DNA from: Eledone cirrhosa
Taxonomy: Eukaryota
DNA: 64,000 nucleotides
Assembly (NCBI GenBank): GCA_964016885.1
Contig: OZ024745.1
Span: 31,682,001-31,746,000, forward strand
Direction of reading: 5' to 3'
The position numbers were made by a program, and so were the translations under genes. Within the stretch, counting starts at the first letter, position 1. Each line of letters begins with the position of its first letter. A model generated the notes under the pieces. It had not been told where the DNA came from and did no database searches. It worked only from the letters and a program-made list of their open reading frames with translations. Positions 19,009 to 31,041 of this stretch are shown here, piece by piece.

Positions 19009-20944
19009 CATCATCATCATCATCAACGTTTAACATCTGTGTTCCACGCTTGCATGGGTTTGGACGGGGGTTTTCCCACTTGAGGCAAGAATGATTGTCT
19101 TGCTCGCATAGGACTGTCTGGCGAGTTTTCTACAGCTGGATGCCCTTCCTAACACCAACCACATTTACAGTGTGGGGCTGGGAGGTTTTTACCGTGTTGC
19201 CTACACGGCCACATTACAGCGTGGACTGTCTGGCGGGTTTTCTACAGCTGGATGCCCTTCCTAACACCAACCACATTTACAGTGTGGGGCTGGGAGGTTT
19301 TTACCGTGTTGCCTACACGGCCACATTACAGCGTGGACTGTGTGTTTTTTTGTCGTGACACCTACACGATCTCATTTGTTTCGGCCTGGATGTTCCAACA
19401 TAACTTTACATTGAAGGGGCGGTGTGGATGGGGTGGGGGTGGTTGGACGGGGGTGTATTTTGTTAGAGATGCCTACTGGCTGTAGTAGGTTTTACTATGT
19501 ATTTAGGTAAGGCGGGTCTTCTCTGTTACTGAGTACCGCCAAAGGTCTCGGTCCAGTGACATTGTCTTGGAGAGGTGTAAGTGTGTGAGGTCGGAATTTA
19601 TCAGCTCGTCCCAGGTTTTTCTGGCTCTGCCTACTCCGTGGCTACCATCTATCTTTATTGCCCTGCACTTTGTTATACAGCTGTCGTCTTTCATGCGCAT
19701 CACGTGACCATACCAACGTAGCCTTCTCTCGAGTAAACAACATCTGATCCCTCTTATTTCTAATTTTTTCCTTAGTTCGTTTATGCTTTGCCGTTCACGT
19801 ATATTACTATTGCACATCCAGCGGAGCATGCAAGCTTCGTTCCTCTCTAGTCTGCGTATATCCTCTGCACACAATGCCCAGGTCTCACTGCCATGCAACA
19901 TTGCTGTTCGTATGCAGGCATCATACAACTTGCCTTTCATTTTTAGGGAGAACCCTTTAGCGGCTAATAGTGGTATAAGCTCTCTGAACTTTTTCCATCC
20001 AGTTCTGACTCTAGCTACTGTACTTTCAGAGCACCCTCCCCCACTGCTGATTTTGTCACCCAGGTAATGGAAGCTGTCCACTATTTCTATAGAACCCTCT
20101 GCGAAATTGAAAGAGCTAGTATTTTGTGGGCACTTGCTGCTACTTATTGCACCAGAGCACCAGCCACATGTAAAATCTGTGTTCTTAGTTAGCTTACCTG
20201 TGATCCCACTACATCTTTTATGCACCCATACTTTGCCTTTGGGACATAAAATGGAGTTTCTACCTACGCCTTTCCTAGACACTGAGCATGGCCATTTCCC
20301 GGAAGGGACCGGCGCCTTATTTTCTCTCCTACAAACTAGAACTTTAGTCTTAGCCAGGTTAATTTTAAGGCCTTTTGATTCTAGGCCGTAGTTCCATGTT
20401 TGGAATTTCTTCTCTAGCTCGGCCATTGATTCAGCTATGAGCGTTAGATCATCTGCTTATAGGAGTTCCCATGGGCAGCCGGTCTTGAACTCCTCTGTTA
20501 TAGCCTGAAGGGCAATAATAAATAGTAGGGGGCTAAGAACAGAGCCCTGATGGACACCAACTTTTACACTAAACTCTTCACTATATTCGTTGTTAATTCT
20601 AACCTTGCTGACTGTTTCTTTATACATGGCTTGTATAGCTCTCACAAGCCATTCGACAACACCTAGTTTTCTAAGAGCCCACCAGATAATGGAACGGGGG
20701 ACTCTGTCGAATGCTTTCTCCAAGTCGACAAAAGCTAAGTATAGGGGTTTACTTTTAGCTAGGTACTTCTCCTGTAGTTGTCGTACAATGAAAAGAGCAT
20801 CTGTGGTACTTTTGCCTGACACAAACCCGAACTGCATTTCATCTAGATCAATTCTCTCTCTGATTAGTTGCGCTATTACTTTTTCCGTGACCTTCATGAC
20901 CTGGTCGATTAATTTAATGCCTCTATAGTTACTCCTATCTTGGG

Positions 20945-20948
<4 letters not shown>
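19009..20948 (-). pseudogene. 5'-truncated RTE LINE with a nonsense codon replacing the Y of YADD
   Basis: ORFs 20457-21131 and 19503-20426 are in the same frame, split by TAA at 20457-20459. The 3' UTR has a duplicated module and a (GAT)n tail. Confidence 0.9.
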
Positions 20949-22589
<1,641 letters not shown>

Positions 22590-22612
22590 TATAATATATA
22601 TATATGTATATA

Positions 22613-22843
<231 letters not shown>

Positions 22844-23214
22844 TTTTTGTTTTTTATGTGTGTTTTATGCACTCAGTATTTTTGTTTTTTATGTGTGTTT
22901 TATGCACTCAGTATTTTGAATCTGTCTGCAGAATTCTCTAGACCTTTGTCACTTAGAAGAACCTTAATGACTTTAGCTTTTAAAGAATCTCCCTTTTCTT
23001 TAATTCTATTGAGCATGACTGACCCCCCACTGATTTTATAGACATCTGTTAGCTTAAGAGAAACTTATTGACAAGGAATGGTATGCCATCCGGAACCTGT
23101 TTATAGAATTCTGTCTGCCTTTGTTACTCTAAAAACATAAATAAATATAAATAAAAATAAAAATTAACTATAGCTTTGTAGAATTAGCTTTTAATGAATT
23201 CCCTTTTCTATCAA

Positions 23215-23275
23215 CCAATGACCTGCACCCATCCCACTCCCCACCCTCTCCTACCACTTGTAGAGACCTATAAAT
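23215..23275 (+). promoter_or_regulatory. Candidate CCAAT box (23215) and TATA box (23269) in the pseudo-LTR
   Basis: CCAAT and TATAAAT, the latter about 30 nt upstream of the hammerhead. Both are conserved in the 3' pseudo-LTR. Confidence 0.4.
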
Positions 23276-23298
23276 ACCATATTTATTTTTTGATACCC

Positions 23299-23349
23299 AG
23301 ATTCCTGATGATTTCTAATGAATGAAACAGTTCTAGTCCTGTAGAATCT
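23299..23349 (+). ncRNA. Type I hammerhead ribozyme in the 5' pseudo-LTR
   Basis: agattc-CTGATGA-tttc taat gaat-GAAA-cag ttctagtc ctg-TA-gaatct, GUA triplet. Confidence 0.88.
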
Positions 23350-23478
23350 TATCTATATTAAAACTGTTATACTCTGCTATGTATTGAGTACCTTACTTAC
23401 TGTGGTTACCTCCGATTCAACCCGGAATAACGTACATTTAGCACTCTCTGTGCCCCTTATAACCATCATCAAGAAACC

Positions 23479-25620
23479 ATGCTGACCAAACTCGACCTTG
23501 ATATTTCCTTGAAGAACATCCCTATCCCTCCAAGGAAACTATACTTAAAAACACTCATCAGACGTACCGATGAGTTCATCAAGCGAATTAGATGGAGGGC
23601 CTTCTTCCTCGACAACCCTGATGTAGCATCTACCAATGATGAGAAGTTCGGCTTCAAAACGAATAAGACACCACCCACCAACAGCCTACTCCAACCATTT
23701 GAGGAAGACCTCTTCAAGATGATCAAGGATATTAAATTCCGTAGAGCCACCACACCATTCCAGGCCTACTTAAATGCCGAATTACGGAATATAAAAAAAT
23801 CCCCTAATCTTTATGTCTCCTCCGATAAAACCAAAAACGTTTATGAGGTAGACCCACAGACCTACAATAAGCTGGCAAAAAATACCATCACGACCACCTA
23901 CAAAAAGGTAATAGAGAGGGCGCTGACTGAGACAAACGCGGCCGGAAAAGAAATCGCCAAGTCCCTTAAATTACATGACCGAACCGAACCTTTAAGGGTA
24001 AAGACCCCGCACTTTACCCTGAAGGACCATAAGGGAAATTTCCTCAACAAACCATCAGTCAGACTTATCAACCCCACTCGTTCTGACATCGGCTCTATCA
24101 GTAAGAAGATCCTGGATAGAGTTCTACCATTATTGCGGGCAGCCTCACCACTCCCACTCTGGAGTAGAACATCTGAGGCAATATCATGGTTCCAAGAATT
24201 ACCCGATAAACACCACACTCGCTTCCTGCAACTCGACATAGAAAACTACTATGCCTCTATCTCGGAGCCCCTCCTGAAGGACGCAATTAACTTTGCCAGG
24301 AATTTTACCACCATTACCGATGCCGAGCAAGTTATTATCCTCCACGCTCGTAAGACCTTTCTATACCACGATGGATCTTACTGGATCAACAAGAAATCTC
24401 AGACCCCATTTGACGTTAGCATGGGGGCGAGTGACTCGGCTGAAATTAGCGACCTTGTGGGCCTGTACATCCTACATAACCTGAAGAACCTCTTTACCGG
24501 CCTAACTGGAGGTTTATACCGAGACGACGGCCTCTTCGCCCTGCATAAGGTTAGCCCCAGAACCACCGATGGGTTTCGGAAAAACTTAAGCTCTTTCTTC
24601 TCTAATCTAGGATTTAGTATAACTATAGATTCTAATTTGACTAGGGCCAACTTCTTAGATGTCACTCTCGACCTAGATACTTCCCTCTATTACCCGTACC
24701 ACAAACCTAACGAGTCCCTTAAATATATTAACGTTAATTCAAACCACCCCCAAAACATTACTGATAACCTAGTAAAAAGCGTCTCTATTAGAATATCTGG
24801 CCTCTCCGCCAACAAAGATATTTTTAATGCATCTGCCTCCTACTACAATGACGCCCTAGCCCGTAGCGGATTTAAAGATAAGATAACTTACCTAGAAACC
24901 ACCGCAAAATTGCAGAGGAGGAATAGACATAGGCAGATTAGCTGGTACAACCCTCCCTTCAATAGAGAGGTATCTACTCCGATAGCTAGGATTTTCTTCA
25001 CTTTACTGAAATTACACTTCCCCATACAACATAGGTACTACACCATCTTTAATAAGAACACTATAAGACTGTCTTACTCCACCACACCTAACCTAGCTAG
25101 GAATATAGCCAACCACAACTCTAAACTAAATAAGCCAACCACCTCCGAAACCAATCCCCGGACTGGGGCTCTATGTAATTGCCTAAATAAGGAAGCATGC
25201 CCACTAGAAAACAAATGCCTCACAAATGACATCGTATACAAATGCGATGTCATCTCGGGCACCGAGGATTGCAAAAAAACTTACATCGGCATGACCTCCA
25301 ACAACTTTAAGACCCGTTGGTATGCCCATACCCACTCCTTCAGAAGACCGGATAAATCAAATCAAACAACACTCGCCTCCTACGTTTGGGACCTCAAAAG
25401 GAACTCCACCCCCTTCACGCTTAATTGGAAAATACTCCAGAAAGCGCGCTCTTACAACGGAGGACACAAGGGCTGCGACCTTTGTATTTCAGAGAGCTAC
25501 GAAATTTTATTCGCCAAGGGCCCGCTACTGAACAAACTCTCTGAACACTGCCCGAACTGCATGCACAAGAACTTTGCAACATTCAAACACTTTAAGCCAG
25601 TGTTAAAGCCCGATGGCTAA
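23479..25620 (+). CDS. Penelope-like RT + C-terminal GIY-YIG endonuclease (713 aa, uninterrupted)
   Basis: N-terminal [14 protein letters not shown]; RT motifs [39 protein letters not shown]; CNC..CPL..C linker; IVY..YIG..F..R; C-terminal CDLC..E..LLN..C.H. This pattern resembles the Naiad clade. Confidence 0.92.
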   Translation: MLTKLDLDISLKNIPIPPRKLYLKTLIRRTDEFIKRIRWRAFFLDNPDVASTNDEKFGFKTNKTPPTNSLLQPFEEDLFKMIKDIKFRRATTPFQAYLNAELRNIKKSPNLYVSSDKTKNVYEVDPQTYNKLAKNTITTTYKKVIERALTETNAAGKEIAKSLKLHDRTEPLRVKTPHFTLKDHKGNFLNKPSVRLINPTRSDIGSISKKILDRVLPLLRAASPLPLWSRTSEAISWFQELPDKHHTRFLQLDIENYYASISEPLLKDAINFARNFTTITDAEQVIILHARKTFLYHDGSYWINKKSQTPFDVSMGASDSAEISDLVGLYILHNLKNLFTGLTGGLYRDDGLFALHKVSPRTTDGFRKNLSSFFSNLGFSITIDSNLTRANFLDVTLDLDTSLYYPYHKPNESLKYINVNSNHPQNITDNLVKSVSIRISGLSANKDIFNASASYYNDALARSGFKDKITYLETTAKLQRRNRHRQISWYNPPFNREVSTPIARIFFTLLKLHFPIQHRYYTIFNKNTIRLSYSTTPNLARNIANHNSKLNKPTTSETNPRTGALCNCLNKEACPLENKCLTNDIVYKCDVISGTEDCKKTYIGMTSNNFKTRWYAHTHSFRRPDKSNQTTLASYVWDLKRNSTPFTLNWKILQKARSYNGGHKGCDLCISESYEILFAKGPLLNKLSEHCPNCMHKNFATFKHFKPVLKPDG

Positions 25621-25838
25621 AAACGACCTCCCCCTATTGGCCCCTATACCTCCTCCCCACCCTACCCCCACCCCTCCTCAACCTGAAATACGGCCACTAT
25701 GGTCATGTGAGTACCTCTTTCGTATCTACATTTTCTGCCTGTAGAGGTGTCTTTATGTGCCTGTGTATATGCGTATATTTATTGAGTACCTATTTACTTG
25801 TATGTGTATATATTTGTTTGTATATGTGTATATGTGTA

Positions 25839-25897
<59 letters not shown>

Positions 25898-25999
25898 ATA
25901 TATATATGTATATATATATGTTTGTGTGTATATGTGTTTTATGTGTGTATATTTATGTAGGTATATGTATGTATGTGTTTGTGTATATGTATGTATGTA

Positions 26000-26093
<94 letters not shown>

Positions 26094-26098
26094 TATAC

Positions 26099-26780
26099 AT
26101 AGATTACGTAGATTAGAGAGAAACGAAGCCTGCATGCTCCGATGGATGTGTAACAGTAATATACGTGAACGACAAAGCATAAATGAATTGAGAGAGAGAC
26201 TGAGCATAAGAGGAATCAAATGCTGCGTGCAGGAGAGGCGGTTACGCTGGTATGGACATGTGATGCGTATGAAGGATGACAGCTGCATAAAAAGGTGCAG
26301 AGCACTAGAAGTTGATGGAAACCGCGGAGTGGGGAGACCCAAGATGACTTGGGATGAGGTGATAAAAGCCGACCTTACCCAACTACACCTCTCAAAGTCA
26401 ATGACACACGTCCGTGACTTCTGGCGTCACGCAGTAATACAGGGTACCCGACCTCCCATGGGTACATGCTGAAGCATATAAACAATATGCCCCCCCCCCC
26501 CCACCGCAAGGTGGTCGTGGAGGTGCCACGGCAAAAAAGCACCCAGCCCACACTGTAAAGTGGACGTGTAGGCGCCACGAAAAAGCACCCAGCACTCACT
26601 GTAAATGAGGTTGGTGTTAGGAAGGGCATCCAGCTGTAGAAATCAAGCCAGATCAGTTCCTGTATGAGCAAGGCATGGTCAGCTGACCAGACACTGCCCA
26701 CAACAGGACAACCCGTCTAACCCATGCTAGCGTGGAAGAACGGACGTAAAACGGTGATGATGATGATGATGATGATGATA
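26099..26780 (+). mobile_element. 5'-truncated RTE LINE, second subfamily (RTE-B)
   Basis: [35 protein letters not shown] end, a distinct 3' UTR and a (GAT)n tail. Confidence 0.85.
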
Positions 26781-26867
26781 TATGTTTGTGTGTATATGTG
26801 TTTTATGTGTGTATATTTATGTATGTATATGTATGTATGCGTTTGTGTATATGTATGTATGTGTATG

Positions 26868-26916
<49 letters not shown>

Positions 26917-27575
26917 GTGTATATATGTGTATGTATGTATGTATGTATGTATGTATATGTGTGTATGTGTGTGTATGTGTGTATGTATGTATATGTGTGT
27001 ATGTGTGTGTGTATGTTTATGTATATGTATGTGTATGTGTGTATGTATGTATGTGTGTGTATATGTGTGTATATGTGTGTGTATATGTATGTGTGTGTAT
27101 ATATATATGTGTGTATATGTATATGTGTATATATATGTGTATATATATGTATATATATATATATATGTATGCATGTATATGTATGTGTGTGTGTATGTAT
27201 GTGTGTATATATGTGTCATCATCATCATCATCATCATCAACGTTTAACGTCCGTGTTCCACGCTTGCATGGGTTTGGACGGGGGTAGTCCCACTTGAGGC
27301 AAGAGTGATTGTCTTGCTCGCATAGGACTGTCTGGCAGGTTTTCTACAGTTGGATGCCCTTCCTAACACCAACCACATTTACAGTGTGGGTCTGGGAGGT
27401 TTTTACCGTGTTGCCTACACGGCCACATTACAGCGTGGACTGTGTGTTTTGTGTCGTGACACCTACACGATCTCATTTGTTTCGGCCCGGATGGCGCGGC
27501 ACCAACATAACTTTACATAGGACGGGGTGGTGTGGATGGGGTGGGGGTGGTGGTGGTGGGACGGGGTGTATTTTG

Positions 27576-30500
27576 TTAGAGATGCCTACTGGCAAGGCGG
27601 GTCTTCTCTGTTACTGAGTACCGCCAAAGGTCTCGGTCCAGTGACATTGTCTTGGAGAGGTGTAAGTGTGTGAGGTCGGAGTTTATCAGCTCGTCCCAGG
27701 TTTTTCTAGGTCTGCCTATTCCGTGGCTACCGTCTATCTTTATTGCCCTGCACTTTGTTATACAGCTATCGACTTTCATGCGCATCACGTGTCCATACCA
27801 ACGTAGCCTTCTCTCGAGTAAACAACATCTGATCCCTCTTATCTCTAATTTTTTCCTTAGTTCGTTTATGCTTTGCCGTTCACGTATATTACTGTTACAC
27901 ATCCAGCGGAGCATGCAAGCTTCGTTCCTCTCTAGTCTGCGTATATCCTCTGCACACAATGCCCAGGTCTCACTGCCATGCAACATTGCTGTTCGTATGC
28001 AGGCATCGTACAACCTGCCTTTCATTTTTAGGGAGAACCCTTTAGCAGCTAATAGTGGTATAAGCTCTCTGAACTTTTTCCAACCAGTTCTGACTCTAGC
28101 TACAGTACTTTCAGAGCACCCTCCCCCACTGCTGATTTTATCGCCCAGGTAACGGAAGCTGTCCACTATTTCTATAGAACCCTCTGCGCAATTGAAAGAG
28201 CTAGTATTGTGTGGGCACTTGCTGCTACTTATTGCACCAGAACACCGGCCACATGTAAAATCTATGTTCTTAGTTAGCTTACCTGTGATCCCACTACATC
28301 TTTTATGCACCCATACTTTGCATTTAGGACACAAAATGGAGTTTCTACCTACGCCTTTCCTACACACCGAGCACGACCATTTCCCAGAAGGGACCGCCGC
28401 CTTGTTTTCTTTCCTACAAACTAGAACTTTGGTCTTAGCCAGGTTAATTTTAAGTCCTTTTGACTCTAGGCCGTGCTTCCATGTTTGGAATTTCTTCTCT
28501 AGCTCGGCCATTGATTCCGCTATGAGTGTCAGGTCGTCTGCGTATAGGAGTTCCCATGGGCAGCCTGTCTTGAACTCCTCTGTTATAGCCTGAAGGGCAA
28601 TAATAAATAGTAGGGGGCTGAGAACAGAGCCCTGATGGACGCCAACTTTTACGCTAAACTCTTCACTATATTCGTTGTTAATTCTAACCTTGCTGACTGT
28701 TTCTTTATACATGGCTTGTATAGCCCTCACAAGCCATTCGTCAACGCCTAGTTTTCTAAGAGCCCACCAGATAATGGAGCGGGGGACTCTGTCGAAGGCT
28801 TTCTCCAAGTCGACAAAAGCTAAGTAGAGGGGTTTACCTTTAGCTAGGTACTTCTCCTGTAGTTGTCGTACTATGAAAAGAGCGTCTGTGGTACTTTTGC
28901 CTGACACAAACCCGAACTGCATTTCATCTAGGTCAATTCTCTCTCTGATTAGTTGCGCTATTACTTTTTCTGTGACCTTCATGACCTGGTCGATTAATTT
29001 AATGCCTCTATAGTTACTCCTATCTAGGGCGTCTCCTTTACCCTTATAACAGTTAACGATGATGCTGCTATGCCAGTCCTTCGGAACAACCCCATTCTGT
29101 ACGACTTGGTTAACTATGCGGGTGACCATGGTGTGTCCCACCGTGCCAGATGCCTTCAGCATCTCAGCAACTATTTCCGAAGGCCCAGCCGCCTTACCTG
29201 TCTTCATATCCTTGATTGCCTTACTTATTATACTCCCCTCGACTAACACTGCTGGTCCCTCTATTGGGTCGACATGGGGGAGACTGTCTTTCTCCCATTT
29301 ATTCTCCTCATTTAGTAGCCTTTCATAGTGACACTTCCAAGCTGCCTTCTTATCAGTGTCGGTGATGGCAAGTATGCCATCATCGTTAAGTACACACTTC
29401 TCCCCGACAATATCACGGTTTTCCTTGACGCATTGCCTAGCAATCCTGAACACCTCACGTTTTTGGTCATCGCGTTGTAGGACATGCTTGAACTTTCTTT
29501 CCTCAGCTTCCCTTCTTGCTAAGTACACTTCTCTCCTAGCTTCCCTCCTGGCCACTTGATAGTCTACTCTACTTCCCCCATCCCGCCATACTTTCCAAGC
29601 CTGCTTTTTGGCCTTAATTGACTCCTCCACCTTACTGTTCCACCACCATGTTACTCTCCTCCTGCCTACAGGCCTGCTCCAGCCACAGACTTCGTCTGTG
29701 GCCAACAGCAGGTTTGCTTTCAGAAATTCCCACTGTCCCTCTATATTGTCCGACTCTAAGTGTTCTTCCTTACTGTCGAAAGCATCAAGTAATATGTTTT
29801 GAAATTTATTTTTGGCTGTGGGGTCCTTTAGCTTCCATATTTTTCTCCTGAGGATAGTCCTCTTCTGCTGTCGAGTACGTCTCGACCTGACTATGAGGTC
29901 GCTAATTATCAGTCTATGTTGGGAGGTGCATTCTTCATGGGGGAGGGATTTAGTGTTTACAACAGACACTCTGTCACGTCTTCTGGTAAGGATATAATCT
30001 ACCTGGCTTGTGTGTTCCCCGGATCTATAGGTGATCAGGTGATTGTCACGTTTTTTGAAGTTAGTGTTACAGATAGTTAGGTTATTTGCATCACAGAATT
30101 CCAGGATTCTGGAGCCTTCCTCATTTCTAGTACCAAACCCATAGCCTCCATGGATTTCGTCGTAGCCGTCACAATGTTGCCCAACGTGACCATTTAGGTC
30201 GCCTGCAATAATTATATAGTCACTGTCAGATATTTGGGAGGTAGTGAGCATCAGTGTCTCATAGAATCTGTCTTTTATAGTGCCGGGCAGTCCGGATTGG
30301 GGTGCATACGCAGATATTACTGTCACCGTAGTTCTATTGAGGACAAGTCGTATTTTAATTATTCTGTCGTTCACTCTATTTACGTCTATTATCTTATCCG
30401 CCCACTTTTCTGCTACCATGATTCCTACTCCACCCAGCCCATCGTCGTTTCCCACCCAGAAAAGCTTATAACATCGTTTTTTACCCTCAATGAATCTAGC

Positions 30501-30830
30501 AGACCCACCCCTCCACCTGGTCTCTTGAATACAACAAACATCGACCTCCTTACGTTCAAGCATTTCTACAACCTCGTTAGCGCGCCCCTTTAGGGTGCCT
30601 ACATTTATGGTACCAACTCTGAAGTTTTGGATCGCGTTTGGAGGGTGGGGGTGGTGTGGGGCGGGGGGAGATGGGGTTATGTTAGCCATCCGCGGGCGAA
30701 ACAAAGAAGAGTGCTCGCATTCTCGTCCACGAGGTGAATTTGACTTTAGCATTGGCATTTTCGCTCTGAGCGTCCAGATTTTTCTCTCCCCTCCACTCTC
30801 CAGGATTCCGCAGTCCGTCCATCCATCCAT
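27576..30830 (-). CDS. RTE-clade ORF: APE endonuclease + reverse transcriptase with an inserted PHD-type finger (1084 aa, intact)
   Basis: APE motifs GTINV, IQETRW, SAYAP, GDLNGH, QVDY, QHRL. RT motifs [45 protein letters not shown]-terminal [16 protein letters not shown]. The exact start codon is uncertain. Confidence 0.95.
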   Translation of the reverse strand: MDGWTDCGILESGGERKIWTLRAKMPMLKSNSPRGRECEHSSLFRPRMANITPSPPAPHHPHPPNAIQNFRVGTINVGTLKGRANEVVEMLERKEVDVCCIQETRWRGGSARFIEGKKRCYKLFWVGNDDGLGGVGIMVAEKWADKIIDVNRVNDRIIKIRLVLNRTTVTVISAYAPQSGLPGTIKDRFYETLMLTTSQISDSDYIIIAGDLNGHVGQHCDGYDEIHGGYGFGTRNEEGSRILEFCDANNLTICNTNFKKRDNHLITYRSGEHTSQVDYILTRRRDRVSVVNTKSLPHEECTSQHRLIISDLIVRSRRTRQQKRTILRRKIWKLKDPTAKNKFQNILLDAFDSKEEHLESDNIEGQWEFLKANLLLATDEVCGWSRPVGRRRVTWWWNSKVEESIKAKKQAWKVWRDGGSRVDYQVARREARREVYLARREAEERKFKHVLQRDDQKREVFRIARQCVKENRDIVGEKCVLNDDGILAITDTDKKAAWKCHYERLLNEENKWEKDSLPHVDPIEGPAVLVEGSIISKAIKDMKTGKAAGPSEIVAEMLKASGTVGHTMVTRIVNQVVQNGVVPKDWHSSIIVNCYKGKGDALDRSNYRGIKLIDQVMKVTEKVIAQLIRERIDLDEMQFGFVSGKSTTDALFIVRQLQEKYLAKGKPLYLAFVDLEKAFDRVPRSIIWWALRKLGVDEWLVRAIQAMYKETVSKVRINNEYSEEFSVKVGVHQGSVLSPLLFIIALQAITEEFKTGCPWELLYADDLTLIAESMAELEKKFQTWKHGLESKGLKINLAKTKVLVCRKENKAAVPSGKWSCSVCRKGVGRNSILCPKCKVWVHKRCSGITGKLTKNIDFTCGRCSGAISSSKCPHNTSSFNCAEGSIEIVDSFRYLGDKISSGGGCSESTVARVRTGWKKFRELIPLLAAKGFSLKMKGRLYDACIRTAMLHGSETWALCAEDIRRLERNEACMLRWMCNSNIRERQSINELRKKLEIRGIRCCLLERRLRWYGHVMRMKVDSCITKCRAIKIDGSHGIGRPRKTWDELINSDLTHLHLSKTMSLDRDLWRYSVTEKTRLASRHL

Positions 30831-30884
30831 CCATCATATATCGAAGGCAACCGTGCAAGCGATAGTATAGGCCTCTGGCTTATG

Positions 30885-30996
30885 ATTGGTCCGCGTAATA
30901 ATAATAATGGTGATGCGTGTGGGGGGGGGGGTCTCTGGCTTATAGTAATAATGGTGATGCGTGTGGGGGGGGTCTCTGGCTTATGATTGGTCCACG
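30885..30996. promoter_or_regulatory. Two ERSE-II-like motifs (ATTGG-T-CCGCG and ATTGG-T-CCACG) in the RTE 5' UTR
   Basis: At 30885-30895 and 30986-30996. The same pair occurs in the other full-length copy at 49422-49432 and 49470-49480. Confidence 0.45.
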
Positions 30997-31041
30997 TATT
31001 AAGAATGGTGGTGTGTGGGGGCGGGTGGGAGGGATGTGGGG

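Noticed and set aside
23479-25800. Selenoprotein-type Naiad (in-frame UGA plus SECIS)
   Set aside because: The ORF is complete without UGA readthrough, and I see no convincing SECIS downstream.
27652-30870. Antisense ORFs over RTE and PLE coding regions
   Set aside because: They are shadow frames of the real ORFs, with no recognisable motifs.
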